This document shows positions 13,032 through 25,392 of a DNA stretch of 64,000 nt, piece after piece. The position numbers and the translations under genes were made by a program. Source of the stretch: Octopus bimaculoides (lineage: Eukaryota); contig NC_068981.1 in NCBI RefSeq assembly GCF_001194135.2, positions 188,756,700-188,820,699 of the forward strand, read 5' to 3'. The first letter of the stretch is position 1. Every line of letters starts with the position of its first letter. Under the pieces are notes generated by a model that did not search any database, was not told the DNA's origin, and saw nothing but the letters and a program-made list of their open reading frames with translations.

Positions 13032-13448
13032 GCAAAGAGTGGCTGTGTGGTAAGTAGCTTGCTTACCAACCACATGATTCTGGGTTCAGTCCCACAGCAT
13101 GGCACCTTGGGCAAGTGTCTTCTACTATAACCTCAGGGCGACCAAAACCTTGTGAGTGGATTTGGTAGACGGAATCTGAAAGAAGCCCATCGTATATATG
13201 TATATATATATATGTATGTATGTATGTATGTGTGTGTGTTTGTGTGTGTGTGTTTGTCCCCCTACCATCGCTTGACAACCGATGCTGGTGTGTTTACATT
13301 CCTGTAACCTAGCAGTTCAGCAAAAGAGATCAATAGAATAAGTACTAGGCTTACAAAGAATAAGTCCTGGTGTCAATTTGCTTGACTAAAGGTGGTGCTC
13401 CAGCATGGCCGCAGTCAAATGACTGAAATAAGTAAAAGAGTAAAGAGT
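13032..13448 (+). mobile_element. SINE family C (gagtggctgtgtggtaagtagc head, internal TA/TG microsatellite, gtaaaagag tail)
   Basis: Full-length copy; matches 47396-47818, 33055-33470 and 62276-62592. Confidence 0.9.
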
Positions 13449-13492
13449 AACGCATATGGATGTTGCTTCAATTGTTTATCAATATATCAGTG

Positions 13493-13812
13493 AAGGTGCA
13501 TGGCTTGGTGGTTAGGGTATTCAGCTCATAATCAAATGATCATGAGTTCAATTCCTGACAGTGCATTGTGTCCTTGAGCAAGACACTTTATTTCACATTG
13601 CTCCAGTTCACTCAGCTGGCAAAAATAAGTAGGACCTGTATGTCAAAGGGCCAGCCTTGTCACATTCTGTGTTACGCTGAATCTTCCTGAGAACTATGCT
13701 AAGGGTACATGTATCTGTGGAGTGCTCAGCCACTTGCATGTTAATCTCGCAAGCTGGCTGTTCTGTGGAGCAAATCAACTAAAGCCCTTGTCATTGTAAT
13801 CGACAGAGTGCT
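13493..13812 (+). mobile_element. SINE family D (tRNA-like head, cttgagcaagacact core)
   Basis: A-box-like tggcttggtgg and B-box-like gagttcaattcc; shares its core with 22033 and 25923. Confidence 0.75.
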
Positions 13813-13814
13813 CG

Positions 13815-16120
13815 TTATCAATATATCTCATATTTTTGTGTGGAAATGTAAATTTCATTGGCAGAGTTTCATCTCTTAAAAGAACCCTTAATTTAGAAGT
13901 TATTGAAAATGAATTATTTACATTTCCAATTTTATAATTTGTATTAAAGGTATGTCTTTCTTGGATCTTGTACTTTTTATACTTGATTTGGAATTTCTTA
14001 AAGATCTTCATGTTCTTTTACAAAAGACATAACTATATTCCTTGAGGCTAATCTCACTATTAGTATGGAGAAGAGAAGAACACTCCATTAGTTCAGTGGA
14101 TTACCAGTCATTTAGATGTGAAAGCAAGATAGTATATTAGGAAGTAAGCTTATTACAAAATACAATTAATTACAATTAATGACAAGACTCAAGAGTTGTT
14201 TTGTACAACTCCTCATCTTAAAATTATGTTCACTGATTTACATGAAGCAAACTTTTCCTCACTCAGTTTAAATACTCCATACTGGCTAACAAGGATAAAA
14301 ACTCTTGGACATAGTGTGCACTAAATATAAGCAATGGTCTTTAATCAGCCAATAGACTTTATATGAGTCTCAAAATTGCAGTCCTTTTTTCTGACATTGT
14401 AGGGAGTCATCTTTGCAGCAACTTTCAATGAATTGAAAACCTGGAAACTCAAAGGATTCATTTCTTTTATAAATTAATCCAAACAAATGCATTGATCATT
14501 GATCTTTCACAGTTTCCTCTGTATGAAGGTTTCAAAGGATGGGATCCTAGGAAACAAACTTTAATGGTGGAATCTAAATTTAAAGAAGAAATTGAAAAGA
14601 AATATCTAGTCTTGATAAACTATTAGCATGAGTTCAGGCCAAAGTTTGCAGACGTAATTCAGCCTTTTCTTGCAACAGAAATGGATTGTCTTCTTTTTAC
14701 AGAATGCTTCAACAACAGGCTGTTAAGAAGAGAGAAAGTTGTTTGAAGACAATAAATTTACTGTTTGTGAAACAACTTCCACTGTTGATCTTTCTGAATT
14801 CAAATAGCAGGAATAATGTGTAGAAATGAAAATCTGTTAGTCATATATTTGATAATGCACAGAGAAATTGAAGCAATATTGAACATGAAGCTAATGTGTT
14901 AGTCTATCTCAGTCAACATAGTCAAAGTATAAAAAGATAACAGGATAGCACCATTAGTAGGAGAGGTTAGGAAGGCAAAGGGGGAGGGTAAATCTATTGC
15001 AGAAAATTGAACCTCCTCATACTTCCTTGTACTCTACTAATTTTTATTGAATCTTATCTGTTTTATTTTAATCTAATTTATTTCTTTTCACTTCCTCTTT
15101 TACCTTCCAGACCATTCCTACTAACAACATTACCATGTTATCTCTTACTATACTGAACATGAAGCATATATGGTGACATGATCTATAGAAAGATTGGAAT
15201 ATTTTTCTGTTAGCAATATTTTTCACATTGGAGACTGATTATCTACCTTTACAATACTTTATTTTAAAGTGTCTTGACATGTCCAGATGAGCTTCACTAC
15301 AAACTGGCATGTGAGCCCTCACATTATCACAATATGATTTCAAAATCATTTACACGACTGGTAAATGTACCATTTATATAGATCTTCTTAGTAGACTAAA
15401 ATATGATTTGGATCAGTTTGATAGCGTTCTTCTTTTACATTCTAACATAGGTAATGGGGAATTAATTTTGTCAATACTTAGGCAGAAAAAGACATTAGAG
15501 ATCATTTTAGCACATGTACCCTTTATGTTCACTAAAAGACTTGGGAAATTTGGTCCAGATTAGTGTTTCTAGATTGATACTTTCCCAGACATTTATCTGA
15601 ACTGATTGTAGAGAATAATTTCATGTCTAATAAATGCAGGCTATTTAGTCCTGAACGTTATCAAACAAATGCTCTTCCAACAATTGTTAATACACACACG
15701 GACGTACAGCAATTACCAATGAAAGCAAGGGTTTGTGTTTGGTGTCCTGATCTTAAAAGAGCTACTGATGAATTTATCAGATCTTATGACATGTGTACCA
15801 AAAACAGATTGAGTATATGTTCAAAATGTTGGGAATATATTTGATCAAAGATGGCTGAACCACCTCTTGAACTAAAGTAGAAGCCTGGAAAATGCAAGGA
15901 ATTTTTTTTTTTTTATCTTTCATCTTATCTAGATTTGCTATTCCAGGACTCAGTGGTATCAGACAGTATACTAGAATTCATTGACTTATACAACTGGTTA
16001 AAGTGAGTTGCTAGCAAGAAAATTGAAAATCTTATCAATAGTCTAAAATCTAATGGTGCAGCTGGAAGAGCTGAGCAAACAACCAAGTCTGCATTAAAAG
16101 GTTACAGTCCAACAATTGGA
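13815..16120 (+). mobile_element. decayed Ty3/Gypsy LTR-retrotransposon pol (RT and integrase)
   Basis: Colinear remnants: QWITSHLDVK..YIR..YYKIQL (~14090), MFTDLHEANFSSLSLNTPYW (~14225-14285), LNPNKC (~14475), SKDGI (~14533), YLVLINY*HEFRPKFADVIQP (~14602), MKARVCVWCPDLKRATDEFIRSYDMC (15719), VVSD (15953), SNGAAGRAEQTTKSALK (16050). Confidence 0.8.
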
Positions 16121-16452
16121 AAATATGATGGCTGTTTTGTTATAGGCTCTTTTCAGTTTCCATAGTACATCTGGTGTATGCAAGTTATCTCTAGCTGAGA
16201 AATTACTTGGCAGACAGTTAAGAGCAACAGTAAACTTTATTTTGTTTCATATCATTGAACAAAAGGTTCTTTACAAGAACGATATGATGAAATTTCTTGC
16301 AGATGATGCCCAGTATCTGATCAATACTGACAGAAACACATCCAGGACTAAAAGGTGCAGTTAGTGTCAGTTGAACAAATAGCTACAAAAACTCCCTTCT
16401 CAGACACATCTGCCTATCATGATCTTGGTTTTTGGTTCAATAGGAAGTAGAA

Positions 16453-16686
16453 AGGCGGTGAGCTGGCAGAAACGTTAGCACGCCGGGTGAAATGCTTAGG
16501 GGTATTTCGTCTGCCGTTACGTTCTGAGTTCAAATTCCGCCAAGGTCGACTTTGTCTTTCATCCTTTCGGGGTCGATAAATTAAGTACCATTTACGCACT
16601 GGGGTTAATGTAATCGACTTAATCCCTTTGTCTGTCCTTGTTTGTCCCCTCTATGTTTAGCCCCTTGTGGGCAATAATGAAATAAG
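16453..16686 (+). mobile_element. SINE family B
   Basis: Full-length copy, near identical to 34779-35012. Confidence 0.9.
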
Positions 16687-17324
16687 GAAGTCGAAGTAGA
16701 AACTTTAATGAAGCAAATAAAAATGCTTATTTAAGATTATTAAAAATTATAAAGTTGAAACAAATAATGCTATCAATAGGTCACCAATGCCAACTTTTCT
16801 ATCTCCTATAAAGCCACTATTTAATTATATAATGCCTCATCATAATGTTTCTAACAATTATTATTACATTGTGATAATAACAGTCTACACTTACTACACA
16901 TTACTAATGACATTTTATTTTCTATTTCCACTACTCTAAATATTTAAAAACAACCTAGACAAATACATCTTGTTGCATTAATAATAATAGTAGTCTTGTT
17001 ACATAAATAATATACAGTTACAATAGTAGTGGCTATATTTTAGGTGAAATAGCATCTCCTGAGTGTTTGGAAATCAATCAGTATTTTCAGAGAGTACAAT
17101 GTCATATATTTATTATTCATGTAATATACACACACATGTATATTGTGTGTGGACGTGGGTGTATGTGCATACATACATACATTGCTTTTGTTGTTACATT
17201 GCATTGATGGAACTTTCCACTCTTGTTAGAAACTAACTCCTTCCTGGCAGAAAGAATTCAAATAATTTAAAATAGAACATATATACATACATATATTTGC
17301 ATATATACATATGTAAGAACATAT

Positions 17325-18337
17325 TTGTCAAGTTTCTGCAGAAGACATCATGCGTGGTTAGCAGCTATCAAAAACGTCATCAAGGTAATACCTCTCCATG
17401 TGACGTGATGTTGATACTAAAACAGTCTAAGATAGCATTCATAAAAGAGACTGTCCTGGAATACTTATAGAGAATGCTTGTTATTGAACACATACATATA
17501 TAAACATCAACACAAGGAATATTAGGAGAACATTCCCATCAAAACTTTTATCAAGTGTAAATAAAACAGGCCAGATGTTGTTTGGGACAAACAAAAATAA
17601 ATATAGAAATAAAACATTTCTAAATCTCTCAGAGAGATTTATGCAGTGGCAATACGATAAAGTAGCTGTATGCTGTCAACTTAATGTGACAGTCCCATGA
17701 AAGGGAATAATACTACTGTTGGTTAGACCTAGGAAGCTGCACCGCTTCCTGTTGGCCTTGACACATTTACTGTGTCCTTATGTTTACAAGGGGGAGACAA
17801 GCACCTCCACCCAGCTAAGCCTGCATCCAGAGTCTTTACTCATCATCAGAAACATGTCTCTGGATGCAGGCTTAGCTGGGTGGAGGTGCTTGTCTCCCCC
17901 TTGTAAACATAAGGACACAGGAAATGTGTCAAGGCCAACAGGAAGCGGTGCAGCTTCCTAGGTCTAACTAACAGTAGTATTATTCCCTTCAGGGGACTGT
18001 CACATTAAGTTGACAGCATACAACTACTTCAAAAATAAATATGTACCATCATAGAGGTCAGCTGCCCTGAAGATGTGAATATCTCTTTGAAAATCAAAGA
18101 GTAAGTGGATAGCTATGGAAAATTGCTTTGAAACCTCCAGCTCCGATATCCAGATTGTAAATTTACATTTATACCAATAAAAACTGGTGCACTTGGTTTT
18201 GAGAATAAATGTCTAAGAGACAATCTGGATAAACCAGGGGATTTTAAAAAAGGAAATCAACCAACTAATACACACATTATAAATACAACCTGTAAGTGAA
18301 ACAGTTAAAACATGTAAGACTTTTCTAAAGTTTAAAA
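17325..18337 (+). mobile_element. 3' relic of an R4/Dong-type (restriction-like endonuclease) non-LTR retrotransposon, split by the 17605-18029 insertion
   Basis: Translates as ..EDIM..QLSKTSSR*YLSM*RDV..IPIKTFIKCK*NRPDVVWDKQK*|ICTIIEVSCPEDVNISLKIKE*VDSYGKLL*NLQLRYPDCKFTFIPIKTGALG..TVKTCKTFLKF, the zinc-knuckle remnant plus PD..E..K RLE architecture. Confidence 0.8.
17605..18029. mobile_element. 425-bp foldback insertion with 13-bp TSD
   Basis: Arms 17660-17832 and 17858-18029 (3 mismatches, 1 G-T, 1 bulge), 25-nt loop; TSD caaaaataaatat at 17592-17604 and 18030-18042. Confidence 0.9.
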
Positions 18338-19253
18338 GGTGAGTTTACTTTGTTATTTACATTCTAACAATGGCAGTTTGTTTCTTTGTTAGACACCATT
18401 TTACTTCTTACAGGAAGGTTTCAAATAATTTGAAATAGAAGATAACATGCATACACACCTTCAATTAATCAATCAATCAATCAATCAGTCAATCAATTAT
18501 AGCCATGACAGATTCTGAGTTTATCCTTGAATTTTTATCTTTGTGAGTATAACATCACAGGATACAAGTTGAAAGTAATACCACATTTCTCTGAAAATCT
18601 TTTAATAAATTTCTTTTTATTTGACATAGTAAATGTTATTATCTAGCTCAATTTAAATTGCTGTTGTTATTTAGATAAATATAGAATTCCCCCAAACAAT
18701 TTGTTTCCAATTGACATGAAGCAAATTTCCATCATTATTATTGAAGGACATATTTTAGTTTATCAAAATGCTTCAGAAACCTGTATCTGTTGTTATTCAA
18801 TTGTGTCGCCCACGGATCCTTCATTAAAACAACTAATGTAAAAATTAAGGAATTACAGTTGATAGCATTTATATTATTTCAGTTATTTTCTGCCTTACAT
18901 TAAAAAAAAACAAAAAAAAACCAGTCATTTCTATCTGTGCATTCAATCTTGGATGCCATTCAACTGAAATACATATTTTCTCCATGTGACAAAACCAATG
19001 TTTAATTCATTTCTTCAGAATATAGTGCACTGGAGCAATTAAACTCTAGTGTGTAGCTAGTCATTACATTCAGTTCTCAGTGAAAAACTACAGTCACACT
19101 TGCTTTGAAATTTCTGTCAGTTTCAGCTAAAATCAATATTTAACCTAAAGATTGTTATCTATAAACGCAATGCTAATTTTTTAAATACAATTTCTATAAC
19201 TGCCTGTCTCTCACAATCTCGACCACCTCACCTTCTCCCCCACCCACCCTTAC

Positions 19254-19335
19254 CTGTTCTTTAGACAGCAAGATAAATTTTCATTCAAATAATCAAGTGT
19301 GTTTTCTTTCAGAAACTCATATGATGAAATGAAAA
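19254..19335 (-). CDS. candidate 82-nt internal exon, xFISSYEFLKENTLDYLNENLSCCLKNx, product unknown
   Basis: Strong donor AACAG|gtaagg; only one open frame; weaker acceptor (cccag, or taaag 5 nt upstream). Confidence 0.35.
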
Positions 19336-19441
19336 CTGGGCTTTACAGAATTTAATATTTGAAAGATAAACATACGAATGGTTGTTTCTTATAAATGAAT
19401 CTTTGTCACTTTATTTCTTGGGTCGACTACTAAACATTTAT

Positions 19442-19770
19442 AGGTGCAGGCATGGCTGTGTGGTTAAGAAGTTCACTTTGCAACCACATGGTTTCGGGTT
19501 CAGTTCCACGATGTGTCACTTCGGATAAGTGTCTTTTACTACAGCCCCACGCTGGCCAATGCCATGTGAATAAATTTGGTTGATGGAAACTGTGTGGAAT
19601 CCCATTGTGTGTGTGTGTGTTCTTGTTTGTCCCTCACATAACTTGACAGTCAGTGTTGGTGAGTTTACATCTTCATAGCTTAGCAATTCAGTAAAAGGGA
19701 CCGATAGAATAAGTACTAAAAGTAAATGATCAAAGCTGTGGCCTAATGACTGAGACAAGTAAAAGATAGA
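19442..19770 (+). mobile_element. SINE family C, diverged
   Basis: Head ggcatggctgtgtggttaag and colinear body. Confidence 0.8.
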
Positions 19771-20127
19771 TATTTCAGTTGTTCTAAATGCTTGCACAAT
19801 CACTTCTTATACAGCTTATCCACACACACATGCACATGATGTATAATGAGTCAGGAAAGATTTATTTTGTTGCTGTGGCATAGTTCAGTTGTGCTGTGGC
19901 AGATTCCAGCCAATCAGAGCTGGAGGCATATGAATAAAACGGCAGTGATCTGCCTTACCTAAAAACTCTTCTTTCAGTTTCCATCTACCAAATCCACTCA
20001 CAAGGTTTAGTCGACCCGAGGCTATAGTAGAAAACACTTACCCAAAGTGATACGCAGTGGGACTGAACCTGGAACCATGTGGTTGGTAAGCATATTGGTG
20101 ACTTGTATATGTACTCACTTGCCCTTG

Positions 20128-20180
<53 letters not shown>

Positions 20181-20329
20181 TATACATATACATATATATA
20201 TATACATATATATAGTCATTATGAGGATGTGTAAAACTCTTACGGGGATAGTTTCATCCAAGATACACTGGTTTAATATATAATATTTTGACGATATAAT
20301 TCTTCAATGAATATATTATATAAATATAA

Positions 20330-20551
20330 AATATTATTAAGTAAGAAAATAGAGAGATATAATGAATGTAAATTAATTTTTAATTAATTAACGTTGCCTA
20401 CAATTGCTTCAATTTACACTCAGTACAAATTACAAAATATATGTTTTGTAATTTGTATTGAGTGTAAACTGAAATGATTGTAGGCAATGTTAATTCATTA
20501 AAAATTGATTTATATCCATTGTATCTCTTCATTTTCTTACTTAATAATATT
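20330..20551. repeat. AT-rich imperfect palindrome (MITE-like)
   Basis: 108-bp arms, 6-nt loop, no indels, 13 non-Watson-Crick positions; TA-rich flanks. Confidence 0.85.
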
Positions 20552-21484
20552 ATATATATATATTGTGTGTGTGTGTGTGCGTGTGCGAGGCTTCTGCATA
20601 ATTTCCATTTATTAAATTAACCTGCATAACATTAGTCAGCTTGGGGCTGTGAAAGAAGACACTTAGCCATGATGCTGCATAGTGGGACTGAACCCAAAAG
20701 CACATGATTTCAAAGCAGACTTCTTAACCACACAGCTACGCCTATGCATTCACATCTAAAATTCTCTTTGGTCTTTATCATTTCCAGTTGTACCATAAAT
20801 ACATTACAACTTTTACAATTTCTAAACGTTATTTTCTATGGTGGTAATGATCAACCCCTCCATTATTTTAAAATGGCTTTATTTATTTAAACTGTATTTC
20901 ACTTCATATTCATAGGTGCAGGAATGAAATTTGCTTAGGGGACAGAAATCAGGGTCCAAAACATTTTACAAAGTTTCTACAGATGGATGCCCTTCCTAAT
21001 GCCAACCACTCCAAGAGTGTAGTGGGTGCTTTTACATGCCACCAGCATGGGGGCCGGTCAGGCAGCACTGGCATTGACCAATTAAAATAAATTTAGTAAT
21101 GGAAAACTAATGTTTCAAATCAGTCCAAAAAGATTTCTATGTTTGTTGTTCGTTATGGAGAAGAATATTTTCAGGAGAATGTTCAAAGCATTTTCATTGT
21201 CTGCTAAAAAATTTTGTGGGTGCACCCTTTGCAACCCCTGTTCCCTAGCATTCGTTCTTATTCTGTATTTTTTCTTTGTAAATTTTGTCTTACATCAAGA
21301 ACAAATACTTTTATTGTAACACATTGTAACATTCTCAGGAACTGTTATTATTGTTTTCAAATTTTGGTACAGGGCCAGCAGGTCCAGAGGATGGGTGGGG
21401 GTAGTCAATTACATTGATCCCAGTGTTCAACTGGTACTTATTTAATCAACCCCGAAAGGATGAATGGCAAAGTTGACCTTGGCA

Positions 21485-21787
21485 GAATATAGTTGCGTCT
21501 TTTGTAAAAGAACATGAAGATCTTTAAGAAATTCCAAATTAAGTATAAAAAGTACGAGATCCAAGAAAGACATACCTTTAATAGAAATTATAAAATTGGA
21601 AATGTAAATAACTCATTTTCAATAACTTCTAAATTAAGGGTTCTCTTAAGAGATGAAACTCTTCCAACGCAATTTATATTTCTGCACAAAAATAAGAGAT
21701 ATATTGATAACTAGCACTGTGTCGATTACAATGACAAGGGCTTTAGTTGATTTGCTCCACAGAACAGCCAGCTTGTGAGATTAACAT
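21485..21787 (-). repeat. 303-bp inverted duplicate of 13738-14040
   Basis: About 17 substitutions and no indels by manual alignment; flanked by a duplicated 68-bp SINE segment. Confidence 0.9.
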
Positions 21788-22032
21788 TCAGTGTTCGACT
21801 GGTACTTATTTGATCAACCCCGAAAATATGAACGGCAAAGTTGACCTTGGCAGAATTTGCAAGAAGTGTTTTTAATAATTATGATAACCTGGTTCTTTTT
21901 GAAGAACTGCCACAGGGGCTATAGAGAAAAATCTTTAAAGAATCTTTTGTCAAAAATCTAGGAAAGTCAACAGGGCCAAATTCAATGATCTTCGGGAAAA
22001 AAGAAAATCTTGCTCACTATATAAGAAGTGAG

Positions 22033-22282
22033 TGGAGGCGTGTGGCTTAGTGGTTAGGGTGTCAGCACCATGATCGTAAGATTGTGGTTTCGATTCCTGG
22101 ACCGGGCGACGCGTTGTGTTCTTGAGCAAAACACTTCATTTTACCTTGCTCCAGTCCACTCAGCTGGCAAAAATGAGTAAAGCTGTGATGGACTGGCGTC
22201 CTGTCCAGCTGGGGAACATATATGCCATAGAAACCGGGCCCATGAGCCTGGCTAGGCTTTAAAAGGGCGCATTTATTATTAT
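22033..22282 (+). mobile_element. SINE family D
   Basis: tRNA-like head, (TTA)n tail, ~15-bp TSD tatataagaagtgag/tatataggaagtgag. Confidence 0.85.
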
Positions 22283-22689
22283 TATATAGGAAGTGAGAAG
22301 GTGAGAACTCACAATATTGTGTAGCAAGAGAAAGTAGTTGATACACAGAAGATTCAGTGATTTGTGTTGAAATATTGATAAAGAACAATGACTTTAAATG
22401 TACTAAATTTAGTGGTGTGAATAGCAGCGAGAAAATTCACCAAATCATTTGACTTAACTGCACATTGTGTTCACTTGATGCTGAAAAGCATATAATTTCT
22501 GGAATCTAGGTGATATAATTTTTTTTTTTTTTTTTTGGCTGAATTCTAGTAGCAGCTGAAGTAGTAGTAGTAGTAGTAGTAGCAGCAGCGGCAGCTAAAA
22601 TAAGAGAGCATTGAAGAAGTTGAGGATTTGTTAGTGGATATATTTCTTCAAGCAAAAGGCAGATTGCTCAAAAGGCATGAGGAGTGGAA

Positions 22690-23095
22690 TATTGAGAGGG
22701 GAGAGACTTGGCAGGAGATATGGGGAGACTAGAGGGGAAAGAGTTGAATATGATCTGTTGGATGTGTAATGTCAACTTTCATGAAAGTGCAAGTGACCTG
22801 AAAGAGTGACTGGTACAGATTCAACTGGCATTAGTGAGTGTTGGCAGGAGAATTGACTACTATGCAGGTATGGGAATGTGACATAGAATGGATGTCACTT
22901 GTAAGGTGAAAAGGTACCTTGTAATGACATGGGGAGGTGTATGTCTGTCTTAAAAAAAAGGGTGAATGCGGAAGATTTGGGAAAAGGTAGTGAGGATAAT
23001 CACAAGATGGAAAGGCCTCGTAGATTATAGGAATCAGGACTGAAAGGAGAGATGACTTAAGACTGCTAAGTGAAGACTGCTGAGAAATTAAAGCC
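22690..23095 (+). mobile_element. decayed 3' end of an RTE-clade LINE ORF
   Basis: NMICWMCNV (cf. RMLRWMCNV) and YGNVT..MD (cf. WYGHVMRMD) remnants in a purine-rich stretch. Confidence 0.55.
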
Positions 23096-23515
23096 ATGTC
23101 AGCATGGTAAGATCAACATTAAAGCAATGATGATAATAATATCGAAATACAATAAATAAACAGATACAAAGTGTCCTGTTACCCAACAGAAACCATTTTG
23201 GTAACTTCAGATAATTTCAAAAGTATGCATAAAATACATAATTTGATCCAATTAAAAGGAAAAAAACATTGATGTAAACAAAAGTCAACATCCTACTAAT
23301 TTATTTTTAGTTTTGAAAAATGATATTTCTCTTTATTTTATGATTTTTAACACTTATTTTCATTTTTCTCTTTATATATATTGAAATGATCTTTTTTTAA
23401 TGCAATGAGCAGCTCCTATTCTTGTTCCACTTCTCACCTTTCCTTTTAATTTTGTTTCTTTATGATATTCACTTAACAGACATGAGGTTCTTTATGCCAC
23501 ATGTAGGTAACTCAC

Positions 23516-23577
23516 CAAGCAGAACAGAATCTATTTCGGTAAGACAAATTCTTAGTGATGCCACCATGATATGCATC
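23516..23577 (-). CDS. candidate 62-nt internal exon (DAYHGGITKNLSYRNRFCSAx or xMHIMVASLRICLTEIDSVLLx)
   Basis: atctttcacgtctgacag|...CTTG|gtgagt consensus sites; two frames open; not in a recognised repeat. Confidence 0.4.
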
Positions 23578-23939
23578 CTGTCAGACGTGAAAGATATCTG
23601 ACTATAAAACAAATAGTTAAGAAATCATGAACTACAATAAACTATGAAATACTACCAATTACATTGGCAGAACTACCACAGTCTGTTTGTGGATATATGG
23701 GGGAGGTGGGGGTAAATGGAAGATTCAATTTAGCCCTCATTAAATTAGCTTTTTGCTTTATAAAATGTAAATGTAGTTACAATGTAAAATAATAATAATA
23801 ATAATAATAACACTGCAATGTGACAATACAAAGTTTGATGTACAAGAAAGTTAAGTGACAAGGCCAGACTAAGTACATAGGAAGAGGTTAGATATAAATT
23901 TTTGTGGTATGTAATAGATCTGGTAGAGAAGGTGCAGAT

Positions 23940-24428
23940 GTATGTACGTATGTATGTGTATGCATGTGTGTGTATGTCTGTATGTGTGTGTGTATGCACG
24001 TGCATGTGTGTGTATGTAGGTATGTGTGTGTATGTAGGTATGTGTGTATGTGTCTATCTATCTGCGTGTGTGTGTCTCTTCTATATTTTAATTATTATGT
24101 ATGTGTGTATGTACATACTTATGTCTTTGTGTATGTATGTTGTGTATGTATGTATCTATCTGTGTGTGTGTATGTGTGTATGTATGTTTGTGTGCATGTA
24201 TGTGTGTATGTATCTTCTATATTTTAATTATGTATGTATGTGTGTATGTATGCATGTATGTATGTGTGTGTGTGTATGCATGTATCTATCTGTGTGCGTA
24301 TGCATGCGTATGTATGTGTGTGTGTGTATGTATCTATCTGTATGTCTCTTTTATATTTTAATTATGTATGTGTGTGCATGTATGTATGTATGTATGTGCA
24401 TGTGTGTATGTGTGTGTGTGCGTGTGTA
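23940..24428. repeat. compound (TG/TA)n microsatellite with ~135-bp higher-order periodicity
   Basis: Anchor ctatattttaattatgtatg recurs at 24081, 24217 and 24351. Confidence 0.85.
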
Positions 24429-25227
24429 GCACTCGAATGCATACATGTATTTAGCAGAGCAGTGCATAGAGTAATTTAGGTATTTAGGGCTTCTATCACA
24501 ATTCTTGTTCTACTTAGGCTGCTGCTGAAGAAATATGACAACCATTATATTCCTGATAAGCACCAGATGTGTAGAAACACAGGAGCTACAAAGTACTTCA
24601 AAGAACCGTCTTCAAATGTTATGCAAAAAAAAAAAAAATAAATAAACAAATAAAAAGTTTACAAAAAGGGTTGAAGAAAAGTGAATTATCATTTAGCCCC
24701 ATGCAAAACCTGATAAAACAGCCAGAAGTGAAAGGTATTACAGCAATGGCCACCAGTCCTTTCGATTGCCCTTCCTTTATTAAAAGACAACAGGGTTTAA
24801 TATGAAATAAATTTAGCTGGTGTTTCTAGTAGTCTCTGTTAACTTGTGAGTTGAGGAAGTCATTGAAAATAAGCATTGACCCCTGCTTTTACAGCAGAAG
24901 TATCTATATTGGTTTGGAAGGCAAAATATAATTAATTGTGACAGGAGCAGTATTAATGCCAAAAGGTAGTATCTGTCTCCCATTTGAAGTGGATGTTGTC
25001 TAAGAACACAGAATACTGAGATATTTACCATGAGAGAACCTCTCATATGGACTTGTGGTGCATATGTGCACTCATGTTTATATTGCTAGGGGGAGATAAT
25101 TTTCTACTGCTGCAACTGGAATTACCAGATCATGTGACTTTTGGCCTTTCTTAGCATTGTCAATGGTAGATGTCTGTGGCTAGACATAGCAGCAATTTCT
25201 CTATCAGTGATATATATATATAAAATC

Positions 25228-25392
25228 CAGGAGTGGACAAGGGGTGTGTGTGGCTGAGGGGGCATGCCCCCCCTCCCTTCGAAGACAAGAAGTGTACCCT
25301 TCTAAAAAATGTTATTATGTCCTTTTCTACTGAAATTGTATTCCCTTCTAACCTTGTGCCCTCCCTTTGAAAAATTCCTGGGACCATGCCTG
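25228..25392. mobile_element. short GC-rich TIR element (MITE-like)
   Basis: caggagtggac ... gaccatgcctg imperfect TIRs; TSD unclear (aaatc/gaatc). Confidence 0.45.

Noticed and set aside
13775-14011. Repeated ORF MKIFKKFQIKYKK (also 21514-21714) as a duplicated gene
   Set aside because: It is the antisense reading of a Gypsy relic plus SINE tail; the repetition is explained by the 303-bp templated copy.
17342-17384. Apparent exon RHHAWLAAIKNVIK resembling a PH-domain helix
   Set aside because: Another frame aligns with the zinc-knuckle region of the RLE LINE relic that continues to 18337.
17833-17857. CTGATGA (minus) and GAAACATGTC (plus) in the hairpin loop as a hammerhead or C/D snoRNA
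   Set aside because: The two half-motifs are on opposite strands and no stem II or D box can be formed.
18067-18100. ctgaagatg..ttgaaa as a hammerhead
   Set aside because: No stem II; it is LINE coding sequence (SCPEDVNISLK).
23902-24479. Long VC/YM-rich ORFs (also 43354-43887, 46119-46548)
   Set aside because: Translations of TG/CA microsatellites.
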